A stretch of 64,000 bases of DNA, taken from assembly GCA_050633245.1 (NCBI GenBank), contig JBOEGD010000030.1:64001-128000 (forward strand), in the 5' to 3' direction. Source of the stretch: Calditrichia bacterium (GTDB lineage Bacteria; Calditrichota; Calditrichia; RBG-13-44-9; J075). The notes under the pieces were generated by a model. It did no database searches. It saw only the letters and a list, made by a program, of their open reading frames with translations, and was not told the origin of the DNA. Below, one piece after another: positions 1 to 9,823 of this stretch (position 1 is the first letter of the stretch; each line of letters starts with the position of its first letter). The position numbers were made by a program, and so were the translations under genes.

Positions 1-39
1 TTTTGTTAACTTGTATCGATATACATCCGGGAGAACATA

Positions 40-351
40 ATGTTTATTAAACGACTTCCGCGGCATCGCGAATTTAAGTATAATCCAAGGGTTTACGATC
101 CTGCGAAAGATGAAGAAGAGCAGGTCAATCGCAGACGAAATGCCTCTATGCGTTTCAGACGCTCGACGCGAGCAGCAGACAAAGCAGAAACCCTGCGCAA
201 TACCGGAAGAAAAAGCTCGACATTAATGGGCATGCTGCACACTGCTTTACAATACATAACTAAACGCGGTAGTCTGCCGATAAAATGGGTTATTATGAGC
301 GGACTTGTTATTTTCCTGATGTACATACTGGATCAGCTCTCAAAAGTCTAA
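40..351 (+). CDS. Small hypothetical protein, basic N-terminus, C-terminal hydrophobic helix
   Basis: 103-aa ORF, GGGAG RBS before ATG, C-terminal TM-like WVIMSGLVIFLMYIL. Confidence 0.7.
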   Translation: MFIKRLPRHREFKYNPRVYDPAKDEEEQVNRRRNASMRFRRSTRAADKAETLRNTGRKSSTLMGMLHTALQYITKRGSLPIKWVIMSGLVIFLMYILDQLSKV

Positions 352-383
352 TACGATTTCTATTCTAACCGGGAGGTTAACGC

Positions 384-1463
384 ATGTTTCAGATTGCGGA
401 GGTGCTCAAGAAAGTTCCTTTCTTTCAAACGCTTGGACGCGACGGCATCGATTTTATTGTAGAACGATTGAAGTTTAAGCCCTATGACGGCGAAGAGCTT
501 ATTTGCCAGGCTGGTGACCCCGGCGATAAGATGTATATCGTTATCAATGGCGAGGTTAAAGTCGTCGTCAGCTCCGATGGCGGCGAAGAAAAGGTGATTG
601 CCTATCTCGCAACCGGAGATTATTTTGGTGAAATGTCTTTGCTTACCGGTGAGCCGCGCTCTGCTTCTGTCGTTACCACCAAGACCTCCGAAATGTTTGT
701 TTTGAACAAAAATGACTTCGATGTTATCATAGAAAAATTTCCCTCCATTACGCTTAGCATGAGTAAGATCATGAGTCAGCGGCTTCGCGAAACGAATCAA
801 AAAGCAGCAAATGCAGCGCCTGATAAATCCAGCAATATAAAAGGTGAGCTCTCTGAAAAAAGCCTTGTCGACGTAATGAAATTCTGCGAAGAAAATTCCC
901 TTAATGGCAAAGTTCTGATTCAAAATGGTGATGACAAGGGTCAGCTCCATTATGAAAAAGGTGAGCTTCAAAAGGTAGCCTTAAGCGACAAGCCGGAAGA
1001 CCAGGCGCTAGATTCGATGCTGAAGTGGAAAGTAGGACAGTTTGTCGTTGAACCCCGTCCGATGAAGCTCGATGAAAAAGAGCAAAAAAAACCGACTCCA
1101 CCGGCAGAGCCGCATCGCATTATTATCGTGAATAATAGCATGGTAGTGCAAAAGATTCTACAACGCGCCTTCGACAGCATGGGATATGAAGTTTATGCAA
1201 TCGAAAAAAGCTCTAAAGCATTAACCATGATTAAGTCTATGAAACCCAATTTGATTATTTCCGATACCAAGCTGCCCGATTCTTCCGGAAGTGAATTTCT
1301 GGCTTCCGCGCGTGAAGTCAGTCAGGTTCCCATCGTGATGCTAACGGAACAATCCAATCGCGCGCAGTTTGAGAATGATCTTAAAAACAATTCGAAGGTA
1401 TTTTTTACCAACTCTCAAGAGGTCGGGGAAGTTGTTAAAGTGGTTGAAAACGCTTTAAAGTAA
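384..1463 (+). CDS. cNMP-binding + DUF4388/PATAN-like + atypical receiver signalling protein
   Basis: cNMP motif GDYFGEMSLL..PRSASV; middle IKGELSEKSLVDVMKFCE...G.LHYEKGEL..MLKWKVGQF; C-terminal REC-like with VNNS instead of VDDS; RBS GGAGG. Confidence 0.85.
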   Translation: MFQIAEVLKKVPFFQTLGRDGIDFIVERLKFKPYDGEELICQAGDPGDKMYIVINGEVKVVVSSDGGEEKVIAYLATGDYFGEMSLLTGEPRSASVVTTKTSEMFVLNKNDFDVIIEKFPSITLSMSKIMSQRLRETNQKAANAAPDKSSNIKGELSEKSLVDVMKFCEENSLNGKVLIQNGDDKGQLHYEKGELQKVALSDKPEDQALDSMLKWKVGQFVVEPRPMKLDEKEQKKPTPPAEPHRIIIVNNSMVVQKILQRAFDSMGYEVYAIEKSSKALTMIKSMKPNLIISDTKLPDSSGSEFLASAREVSQVPIVMLTEQSNRAQFENDLKNNSKVFFTNSQEVGEVVKVVENALK

Positions 1464-1500
1464 GCACCATTTTATCCCTACCTGCTGCACCGGAGGTGTT

Positions 1501-1881
1501 GTGAACGCTCCAAACGTGTCACCTCAGCTTTTTGAACAGGTCTTTTTGGCTTGTTATGAATTTGCCGGTATGTTACTCGGTGAACGGAAAACCCGTCGAA
1601 TTTGCCATGATAGTTACATGGCACTCCTGCCCTATTTCTATCACCTCAATCGCTTCGACTTCAGCGCAAAGAATAAATTGGATGTGCTCATTGCCGAACC
1701 CGGCGACAACGAAGTGCTGGCTTTTGCCGTCTGGATGCAGCTTTTCCTGCGCTATATGCAAAACGAGCTGGCCGGGCTCGACGCCGTCGACATTCGCATC
1801 CTCACTGGAGAATATGCTCTGGATCTGGAGCCTACCAATTTTTACGACTACTATAACCACGCCGCTGAATTGCAATATTGA
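1501..1881 (+). CDS. Hypothetical protein
   Basis: 126 aa, GTG start after GGAGGT, co-oriented with the cNMP gene. Confidence 0.7.
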   Translation: MNAPNVSPQLFEQVFLACYEFAGMLLGERKTRRICHDSYMALLPYFYHLNRFDFSAKNKLDVLIAEPGDNEVLAFAVWMQLFLRYMQNELAGLDAVDIRILTGEYALDLEPTNFYDYYNHAAELQY

Positions 1882-1897
1882 TTTTCGAATCTTTTCA

Positions 1898-1930
1898 AAA
1901 GAGGAGCAGTTTTCAAAACTGCTCCTCTTT
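1898..1930. repeat. GGAGCA-family palindrome, probable terminator
   Basis: aaagaggagcagtttt-c-aaaactgctcctcttt perfect inverted repeat. Confidence 0.7.
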
Positions 1931-2011
1931 ATATTAGCGATGAGATTAGAATTTTTGTAGATTATTGCTCTCTACTACAGAACACTGAAACAGACCAGGC
2001 GAGGTTAGCAG

Positions 2012-3283
2012 ATGATAGACTTAAAGCGGATCCGGGAGAATCCTGAAGCGGTAAAAGAAGGCATTAAAAACAAGCGGGAAAAAGGCGATGTCGACCGTAT
2101 TTTAGAACTGGATGACAAGCGCCGTGCGCTTCTTCAGAATGCCGAGACTTTAAAAGCAGACCGAAATACATTCTCAAAAGAAGTAAATACATTAAAGCGG
2201 GAAGGCAAGAACGCCGATGAGCTCATTGCCAAAACCCGCGCCATTGGTGATAAAATCAAACAACTTGATGAGTCTTTAAAGGCAATCACCACCGAGCTGG
2301 GAGATCAGGTCGATCGCTTACCCAATTTACCTCATGCCAGTGTGCCAATCGGCCAAAATGAGACAGATAATGTTGAAGTAAAGACCTGGGGCGAAATCCC
2401 TACCTTCGATTTTAAGGTACGCGACCACATGGAACTCGGCGAAAATCTGGAGCTGTTCGATTTTGCTCGTGGTAGTAAGATCAGCGGACGTGGATTCCCG
2501 GTTTATACTGGTGCTGGTGCCAGACTCGAACGCGCGATGCTTAATTTTATGCTGGATCTGCATTCCGAACAGCATGGCTTTCGCGAAACTTTTCCGCCAT
2601 TTCTGGTCAATCGCGCCAGCATGCGCGGCACCGGACAGCTTCCCAAGATGGAAGAAGATATGTATCGTGCAGATAAAGATGACCTCTTCCTTATCCCGAC
2701 AGCTGAAGTTCCGGTAACCAATTTGCACCGTGATGAAATGCTGGATAAAAATGCTCTGCCAATCAAGTATTGTGCTTATACCGCTTGTTTTCGACGTGAA
2801 GCAGGCTCGTGGGGAAAAGACACGCGAGGTTTCTTGCGTCTCCACCAATTCAACAAGGTTGAATTGGTTAAATACGTCGATCCGGAAACATCCTACGATG
2901 AACTGGAAAGCCTGCTGATAAATGCCTGCCGCGTGCTGGAACTTCTGAAGGTTCCTTATCGCGTCATTGAACTCTGTAGCGGCGATCTTAGCTTTGCAGC
3001 CGCGAAGTGCTACGATATTGAAGTGTGGTCCCCGGCAGAGAATAATTGGCTGGAGGCATCATCCTGCAGTAATTTCGAAGACTTTCAGGCACGACGCATG
3101 AATATTCGTTTTAAGCGAGAAGCAAAGACAAAACCAGAGTTTGTACATACGCTCAATGGTTCCGGACTGGCGACGCCTCGTCTTCTTGTCGCTCTGCTGG
3201 AAAACAATCAACAGGAAGACGGCAGCGTAAAGATTCCGGAGCCGCTGCAAAAATACACCGGCTTTAGCATCCTAAAGCCCTAA
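2012..3283 (+). CDS. serS: Seryl-tRNA synthetase
   Basis: [12 protein letters not shown] start, [44 protein letters not shown]. Confidence 0.98.
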   Translation: MIDLKRIRENPEAVKEGIKNKREKGDVDRILELDDKRRALLQNAETLKADRNTFSKEVNTLKREGKNADELIAKTRAIGDKIKQLDESLKAITTELGDQVDRLPNLPHASVPIGQNETDNVEVKTWGEIPTFDFKVRDHMELGENLELFDFARGSKISGRGFPVYTGAGARLERAMLNFMLDLHSEQHGFRETFPPFLVNRASMRGTGQLPKMEEDMYRADKDDLFLIPTAEVPVTNLHRDEMLDKNALPIKYCAYTACFRREAGSWGKDTRGFLRLHQFNKVELVKYVDPETSYDELESLLINACRVLELLKVPYRVIELCSGDLSFAAAKCYDIEVWSPAENNWLEASSCSNFEDFQARRMNIRFKREAKTKPEFVHTLNGSGLATPRLLVALLENNQQEDGSVKIPEPLQKYTGFSILKP

Positions 3284-3302
3284 CGCGGGAAGAAAACGAA
3301 TC

Positions 3303-4025
3303 ATGAACGTGCTTCGAACTATTTTCACGTTTACCCTGCTTGGTTTGTACACTGTACCACTGGCAATTATCGTAATTGTCATTGGCTATTTTGTAAAATA
3401 CTCAGACTTCAGCTATGAAGTCATTGCCAAAGCCTGGTCTCGCTGGCAGCTTTGGTGCGCTGGCATCAAAGTGAATGTAAAAGGACAGGAAAACCTGCAG
3501 GATGATCAATCGTATATGATCGTCTGTAACCACCAAAGCCACTCCGACATTCCGGTTATGCTGGCTCATATGCCAATGCGAATGACAATAATCGCCAAGC
3601 AGGAACTGTTTAAAATTCCTTTTTTTGGCCCGGGAATACGCGCATTAGGTATTCTGCCTATTGACCGTAAGAATCGCGAAAAGGCCTTTCGCACTCTGAA
3701 GGAAGCGGCAAAGGTTATTCACGAACGCAATATTTCCGTTTTGGCTTTCCCCGAAGGCACACGCACTGATGATGGAAAGATGCAGCCATTTAAGAAGGGC
3801 CCCTTTATGTTGGCCGTTGATGCGGAAATTCCGATTTTACCCGTAACTATTGATGGCACATTTGCTATTTTTCCAAAAGGCAGTTATACCTTCAAGCCCG
3901 GAAACGTAACGCTAACCATCCACCCACCGATTTCTGTAGAAGGCTACTCACGAGCAAACAGAGATCAGCTGATGGCAATTGTCCATGAAACAATGAGCAG
4001 AGGACTCTATGAAACCGTGGAATAA
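3303..4025 (+). CDS. plsC: 1-acyl-sn-glycerol-3-phosphate acyltransferase
   Basis: NHQSHSD (HX4D), IDR, FPEGTR motifs. Confidence 0.9.
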   Translation: MNVLRTIFTFTLLGLYTVPLAIIVIVIGYFVKYSDFSYEVIAKAWSRWQLWCAGIKVNVKGQENLQDDQSYMIVCNHQSHSDIPVMLAHMPMRMTIIAKQELFKIPFFGPGIRALGILPIDRKNREKAFRTLKEAAKVIHERNISVLAFPEGTRTDDGKMQPFKKGPFMLAVDAEIPILPVTIDGTFAIFPKGSYTFKPGNVTLTIHPPISVEGYSRANRDQLMAIVHETMSRGLYETVE

Positions 4026-4650
4026 TAAGACCAACTGCTTTGTATCTGATCACCCGCTGATTGCAGATAAATTGACTGTATTACGAGACAAGAATACAGT
4101 TTCAGAAATTTTTCGATCCGGGCTGGAAACCATTAGCCAATTTTTGTTTTTTGAGGCATCACGTCACATGAAATGCCGGGTTACTCCAATTGAAACACCT
4201 CTTGAAGCAATTGATGGCCAGCAGCTGGAACAGCCAATCTTACTTGTTCCTATTCTGCGGGCCGGGCTAGCCATGTCCAACGCCATTCGCCAGGTTTGTC
4301 CTGCCAGTGTTGGCATGATAGGTATGTACCGCGATCACGAGACGCTCCAACCTGTAGAATATTATTTGAACCTTCCTGATAGCGCCCCCGAAATGGAAGT
4401 CTTTTTACTGGATCCGATGTTGGCAACAGGAGGAAGTGCCGTTGCTGCAATTGAGGCCATCCACAAACAAGGTGTGAAAAAGATTACCATGATCGCCCTT
4501 ATCGGCGCCCCGGAAGGCGCAGACAAAATACATGAATCCTTTGCCGACATCCCCATCTATCTCGCCGCAATGGATCGACAGTTAAACGACATCGGCTATA
4601 TTCTTCCCGGTCTTGGCGATGCCGGAGACCGCTATTTCGGCACAGAATAA
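4009..4650 (+). CDS. upp: Uracil phosphoribosyltransferase
   Basis: PILRAGL, LLDPMLATGGS, YILPGLGDAGDRYFGT. Confidence 0.97.
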   Translation: MKPWNNKTNCFVSDHPLIADKLTVLRDKNTVSEIFRSGLETISQFLFFEASRHMKCRVTPIETPLEAIDGQQLEQPILLVPILRAGLAMSNAIRQVCPASVGMIGMYRDHETLQPVEYYLNLPDSAPEMEVFLLDPMLATGGSAVAAIEAIHKQGVKKITMIALIGAPEGADKIHESFADIPIYLAAMDRQLNDIGYILPGLGDAGDRYFGTE

Positions 4651-4690
4651 TCCATCCAAGCTCCTGCTAACGCTTAAAAAGCGTTTACTA

Positions 4691-4770
4691 TTGACAATGA
4701 GAAATTATTCACTATATTGCCCTTGTGAAGAATATCACGATTGTTGTCCCACATTGTGAACTCTCTCGCA
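4691..4770 (+). promoter_or_regulatory. aceA sigma70-type promoter overlapped by three TGTGA-N6-TCACA-like boxes
   Basis: TTGACA 4691-4696, 16-nt spacer, TATATT 4713-4718; boxes at 4698-4713, 4724-4739, 4755-4770. Confidence 0.6.
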
Positions 4771-4811
4771 AAAAATAAACATCCTTTTCATCTCTATCGT
4801 TCTTAGCCCAT

Positions 4812-4846
4812 GTGATCTGTAGCCTACAGATCGCCTTTCTTTTTTA
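4812..4846 (+). repeat. Palindrome with T-rich tail in the aceA leader (REP-like or terminator-like)
   Basis: gtgatctgtag-c-ctacagatcgc followed by a T-rich run. Confidence 0.5.
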
Positions 4847-4925
4847 CTTAATTGTAGTTATAGAGATGTAAAAGCAGGTCGATTATTGTTAAATAAAATG
4901 CAATTTAAAAATGCCGTAAGGAGGT

Positions 4926-6218
4926 ATGATGAGTCGCCTGAAACAAGCAGAAATGATGGAAAAAGATTGGAAAGAGAACAAACGTTGGGCGGGAATTAAA
5001 CGCTCTTACACTGCCGAAGAAGTAACAAAAATGCAGGGATCAGTCGTGTTGGAATATACGCTGGGGCAGCTTGGAGCAAAGCGCCTATGGGATCTTATGC
5101 ACAGCGAAGACTTTGTGAATTCGCTCGGTGCGCTAACCGGCAACCAGGCCGTCGAGCAAATCCAGGCCGGGTTAAAAGCCATATACCTGAGTGGATGGCA
5201 AGTTGCTGCTGACGCAAACCATGCCGGAATTATGTATCCCGATCAGAGCCTTTATCCTGCAGACAGCGTGCCGGGCGTTGTGCGTAAGATTAACAACGCT
5301 CTGATGCGCGCAGATCAAATTGATCACATGAACGGCAATACCGATATTCACTGGTTGGCTCCAATCGTTGCCGATGCCGAAGCCGGATTTGGTGGCGCTC
5401 TAAACGCATTCGAACTCATGCGCGCCATGATCGAATCTGGTGCTGCCGGAGTTCACTTTGAAGATCAGCTGGCCTCCGCTAAAAAATGCGGCCACATGGG
5501 TGGAAAAGTTTTAGTACCTACCGATGAGTTTGTTCGCAAGCTAATCGCGGCGCGTCTGGCAAGCGATGTCATGGGTGTACCGACCGTCCTATTGGCAAGA
5601 ACAGATGCATTTAGCGCCACGCTTATTACCAGCGATGTAGATGAATACGATCATCAATTTATCGATTATGATGCAGAACGTACTATCGAAGGGTTTTATC
5701 GCCTTAAAGGCGGCCTAGATCGCGCAATTGCTCGTGGTCTTGCCTACGCGCCATATTGCGACGTTATCTGGTGCGAGACAGCAACACCCGATCTGGATGA
5801 TGCTCGAACGTTCGCCGAAGCAATCCACGATAAATTCCCAGGTAAACTTCTTGCATATAATTGCTCTCCATCTTTCAACTGGAAGCGCCATCTGGATGAA
5901 GCGACCATCGGAAAGTTCCAGCGTGAACTTGGCGCCATGGGATACAAATTCCAGTTCGTAACGCTGGCCGGATTCCATACGCTGAATACAAGTATGTTTG
6001 AGTTAGCTCTGGGCTATCGTGATAAAGGAATGGCTGCTTATTCGAAGCTACAGGAAAGAGAATTCGAGCTGGAACGCGATCATGGTTTTCGCGCTGTGAA
6101 GCATCAAAGTTTTGTAGGTGCAGGGTATTTTGATGAGATTCAGAATATCATTACCGGTGGAGCCGCATCAACCCGGGCACTGGAAGGCTCTACCGAAGAA
6201 GAGCAGTTTCACGACTAA
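4926..6218 (+). CDS. aceA: Isocitrate lyase
   Basis: [36 protein letters not shown]; RBS AAGGAGGT. Confidence 0.98.
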   Translation: MMSRLKQAEMMEKDWKENKRWAGIKRSYTAEEVTKMQGSVVLEYTLGQLGAKRLWDLMHSEDFVNSLGALTGNQAVEQIQAGLKAIYLSGWQVAADANHAGIMYPDQSLYPADSVPGVVRKINNALMRADQIDHMNGNTDIHWLAPIVADAEAGFGGALNAFELMRAMIESGAAGVHFEDQLASAKKCGHMGGKVLVPTDEFVRKLIAARLASDVMGVPTVLLARTDAFSATLITSDVDEYDHQFIDYDAERTIEGFYRLKGGLDRAIARGLAYAPYCDVIWCETATPDLDDARTFAEAIHDKFPGKLLAYNCSPSFNWKRHLDEATIGKFQRELGAMGYKFQFVTLAGFHTLNTSMFELALGYRDKGMAAYSKLQEREFELERDHGFRAVKHQSFVGAGYFDEIQNIITGGAASTRALEGSTEEEQFHD

Positions 6219-6299
6219 GTAACTCACAAACTATAGATATCACTTGAACGCAGCTTATTGCCAATTCAGGTGGTATCTACTCCCAAAACAATTTTGAGC

Positions 6300-6334
6300 A
6301 AAAAAAAACACGGCAGGCCAAAGACCTGCCGTGT
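6300..6334 (-). terminator. Intrinsic terminator
   Basis: 10-bp stem acacggcagg/cctgccgtgt followed by a U-run on the minus strand. Confidence 0.8.
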
Positions 6335-6455
6335 AACCCAAATAACCAAAACAAAGGAGAGAGAAGACTCACCTTCTTATGAGAATATACACCGTGAACT
6401 TACGTTACCATGTGATACCCTGCACAAAAAGTTTACTTTCTCCCCCTTGCAACCC
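6300..6455 (-). ncRNA. Candidate trans-acting small RNA
   Basis: Minus-strand promoter TTGTAA-17-TATCTT (6489-6461), GU-rich single-stranded tract, intrinsic terminator acacggcagg/cctgccgtgt plus U-run; no credible ORF. Confidence 0.55.
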
Positions 6456-6565
6456 AACTAAAGATACATCATTTTTTTTCTATTTACAATCCACAACATA
6501 TAATTCTTCAAAAAACGCTCATCAGGCGTTATCTTTGCCCCTGTAAACCACAAAGAAACAGCATG

Positions 6566-8266
6566 TTAGCGATTTTCAATCACAATTTTGAACGGACGCA
6601 CCTGATTTCGACCATTTTCTTTTGCAGCGTAAAGGGCACTGTCAGCAAACCGAATCAGCTCTTCGGAATGCAGAGAATCGTTGGGGAAATTGGCAACGCC
6701 AATTGATATCGTCACCTTTTTATGAGGCAGCTGTTCTTCCTGAGGGAAAGGCGAGGTGGCAATAATATTGCATATTTTTTCTGCAAGCCGGATACCGCCG
6801 GCTTTATCAAGCTCAGTGCATATTATTACGAATTCTTCGCCCCCGTAGCGAGCGACAATATCACTACTTCGCGTATTTTCCAGCAATAAGCGAGCAACCT
6901 TACGCAATACAACATCACCGGCCTGATGGCCAAATGTATCGTTATATACTTTAAAAAAATCGATATCCAGCATCAGCAAACAGAAGTTGGTTTGATTGCG
7001 TTCAGAACGACTGACTTCACGTAAAAGCTGTTGATGAAAATAGCGATAGTTATACAAACTGGTAAGATGATCGGTTATAGCATCTTTTTCGGCGCGAAGA
7101 AATAGTTCCGTAAGCTGCTGACGAAGCTGAAGGTTTTGATGTGCAAGACTGGCTGCATTTATCAACATCTCCAGCAGTTTTACATCGTAAGGGGTGATTC
7201 TTCCGCTTATCGGTCGATCGATATAGAGAAATCCACCAAAATAAAACATCTCCGAACTCAAGTATTCATGCAGCTGACTTCGCACCATTTCAATATCCCG
7301 CTCAGACTGATGATTAAGTCCCGGTAAAAGCGCATCAAGCTGACGGCGAATATTTGTCGTCCCCGGAAGAGCGTCTCCGGCGGGCATCGATGTGCCCAAT
7401 ATCCCGAATAAAAACTGAGTTGCGCTTATCTCGTCTAAAATGCGATTGAAGTTGTCATCTTTAACTTTTCTGGAGCTGCTTATATAAAGCAGTGGTTTCC
7501 GCGAAAACAGACTTTGCACGAGTGTCGCATGGTAGGGCAATCGAATTTTCGACGCTTCGATATCGCTGAAGCCCGTAGAATAGGTTACACCAATTTGCAT
7601 AGACTCGTGGTTCACCTCTAAAAATGCGCAGCGCTGAAAATTGAAGTGGCTACTTATTTGCTCAACCAGCTGATGTTTTACCTCTTCCGGCGAGGTACAA
7701 AGCTGAAGGCCAGCAATAATATGCAGTAAACTTTCCAGCTTACCCGAGTAATTACGCAGCTTATGCGTGCTGTCCTTCAACAAATAGTTTGCCGTCTGAA
7801 GCTGCTTGATTTTATCGGTAAGATGATTAATGAGTGTTCGCTGATACTCTTTTTTATAGAACGCTCGGGACTCTTCATCAAGCACTTCGCGTTTTCCTGC
7901 TAAAAATTCGCTGATCTGCCGGGAAAAATTTTTCGTATCGATTGGCTTGGTAATATAGCCATCACACCCTGCAGTTAGAGACAGCTCCCTGGCATGAGAC
8001 TCACGCGTTGCTGTCAGGGCGATAATAATGGTTTTAGAGAGCTCGGGAAGGGTTTTTAATTGAGTGGCAAGATCAATACCGCGCATATCCGGTAGGTTCA
8101 AATCCATCAGGATTAAATCAGGAATAATTTCCTGTGCCTTTTGCAGGCCACTCATTCCATCTGGCGCTTCGAAGCAGTCAAATGGAGAGTTATCCAAAAC
8201 TTTTGCTATCAACATTCGAGATGCGTGATCATCTTCCACATATAAAACTTTTGGCGCATTTACCAT
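6566..8266 (-). CDS. Response-regulator diguanylate cyclase (REC, degenerate GAF-like region, GGDEF)
   Basis: YVEDD..LMDLNLP..KP receiver; DIDFFK, RSSD I-site, RYGGEEF. Confidence 0.92.
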   Translation of the reverse strand: MVNAPKVLYVEDDHASRMLIAKVLDNSPFDCFEAPDGMSGLQKAQEIIPDLILMDLNLPDMRGIDLATQLKTLPELSKTIIIALTATRESHARELSLTAGCDGYITKPIDTKNFSRQISEFLAGKREVLDEESRAFYKKEYQRTLINHLTDKIKQLQTANYLLKDSTHKLRNYSGKLESLLHIIAGLQLCTSPEEVKHQLVEQISSHFNFQRCAFLEVNHESMQIGVTYSTGFSDIEASKIRLPYHATLVQSLFSRKPLLYISSSRKVKDDNFNRILDEISATQFLFGILGTSMPAGDALPGTTNIRRQLDALLPGLNHQSERDIEMVRSQLHEYLSSEMFYFGGFLYIDRPISGRITPYDVKLLEMLINAASLAHQNLQLRQQLTELFLRAEKDAITDHLTSLYNYRYFHQQLLREVSRSERNQTNFCLLMLDIDFFKVYNDTFGHQAGDVVLRKVARLLLENTRSSDIVARYGGEEFVIICTELDKAGGIRLAEKICNIIATSPFPQEEQLPHKKVTISIGVANFPNDSLHSEELIRFADSALYAAKENGRNQVRPFKIVIENR

Positions 8267-8397
8267 AGAAGTATATCCATTTACAAAAAGTTACCGCTGC
8301 CCTGTCAACAGCATCATTCCCTGATTAATAAAAATCTTTTTCCGCTCAAATGAGCGAAAATGTTGTATATTGCCTTCTTCAAAACGGAAAAAATTGA

Positions 8398-9768
8398 ATG
8401 CGACCTCCCCACAAATCGAATGAGTTGATTGAAGGCCCAATTTTAGCAAATGTTTTGAAATTAGCAACACCAATGATTGTTGCCTTTATTTTCATTACCA
8501 GCTATAACTTTATCGACCGGTTTTTTGTTAGCCAACTTGGTGATACTGCCACTGCTGCAATTGGAATGGCATTCATAGTTCAACTTACAATTATTTCTAT
8601 CGGAACCGGCATCAGCTCCGGCATAAAATCCTATATCTCCCGCAACCTTGGTGCTCAGCAAACAGATGATGCTGTTCAGGCTGCGCTGCATGCATTACTG
8701 CTTGCAGTCATTATCGGCATTTGCTTCGCAATCCTTGGAATTGCAATACAGCGGCCATTATTTCAAGCGATAGGAGCTGACGGAGAGCTGTTAGAATTCA
8801 TTATCAGCTATTTAACGATAATTTTCTTATTTACCCCGGTTAACCTGCTGTCCGTTTTTGGCAGCGGTATTTTTCAGGGGTGGGGCGATACGGTTTCTCC
8901 GATGAAGTTTTCTGTTGTGGGCACGTTGCTGAACATTGCGCTAGACCCTATCTTAATTTTCGGTTTATCTATTGTGCCAGGCATAGGCATTAAGGGGGCA
9001 GCACTTGCAACCGGGGTCGCTCGCACGGTTTCGTTACTATATATACTATTTCTTCTGTTCGTTCGCAAGAAGCCAGTTACTCTTTCTTTCCGCAACTTTC
9101 GTTATAGTCCCAGAATCATGCGCGGCATTATGGGGGTCGGTGCGCCATCCACAATCAGCCAGATATTAACCAGCATTTCTATGGGCGCTGTCTTTTGGCT
9201 GCTCGCTCCATTTGGCGAATCTGCAAAAGCAGCTTACACCATTGTTTTTACCTATGAGATGGTTATTTTTCTGCCGGCGATTGGACTAGCTCAGGCTGTG
9301 TCTATTATGACAGGACATAACTTTGGCGCGAATAAAAATGAACGAATTCCCAAAATCCACCATACCGGAATCGCCGCTTCCTTTTTAATAATGGGATGCA
9401 CTGCCGGATTGATTATGTTATTTCCGCGAGCATTCGCCGGAGTTTTTGCCCAAAGCGAAGAGGTATTGGCCATTAGCAGCCATGCGCTACAAATTACGGC
9501 GGTAGGTATCGTTTTTCTAAGCATCTACATCTGCAGCGTTACCAGCTTTTTAGGATTAGGACTCGGAAGACAATATTTGGCGGCCAACTTCCTGCGAATG
9601 TATGTATTGATGTTGCCATGTGCATATTTTGGCATCCAACAGTTTGGCATTGACGGCGTTTGGTATGGGCTGGCAGTCTCGAACATCGTAAGTTCGGTTG
9701 CATTGTTTTTCTGGCATAAGTATATTTTTAATTACAAAATTTTAACGGGTCAGATTAAGCCGTTGTAA
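8398..9768 (+). CDS. MATE family efflux transporter
   Basis: Many TM helices; LATPM..DRFFVSQLG, GDTVSPM..NIALDPILIFG..GIKGAALAT. Confidence 0.92.
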   Translation: MRPPHKSNELIEGPILANVLKLATPMIVAFIFITSYNFIDRFFVSQLGDTATAAIGMAFIVQLTIISIGTGISSGIKSYISRNLGAQQTDDAVQAALHALLLAVIIGICFAILGIAIQRPLFQAIGADGELLEFIISYLTIIFLFTPVNLLSVFGSGIFQGWGDTVSPMKFSVVGTLLNIALDPILIFGLSIVPGIGIKGAALATGVARTVSLLYILFLLFVRKKPVTLSFRNFRYSPRIMRGIMGVGAPSTISQILTSISMGAVFWLLAPFGESAKAAYTIVFTYEMVIFLPAIGLAQAVSIMTGHNFGANKNERIPKIHHTGIAASFLIMGCTAGLIMLFPRAFAGVFAQSEEVLAISSHALQITAVGIVFLSIYICSVTSFLGLGLGRQYLAANFLRMYVLMLPCAYFGIQQFGIDGVWYGLAVSNIVSSVALFFWHKYIFNYKILTGQIKPL

Positions 9769-9823
9769 AGATGCGCTTTTCTGACAGAGACGAAAACACA
9801 TAACACTGGATAGATTGCAGAAT

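Noticed and set aside
360-971. 203-aa antisense ORF, and similar shadow ORFs such as 57366-58055, 36187-36759, 2327-2848
   Set aside because: Overlap well-supported genes on the opposite strand and show no recognisable motifs
1930-2011. T-box leader for serS (also considered for metG, 44824-45165)
   Set aside because: No AGGGTGGNACCGCG-like T-box motif in either leader
6258-6461. 67-aa plus-strand ORF
   Set aside because: TTG start without RBS, runs through a terminator hairpin, antisense to the candidate sRNA
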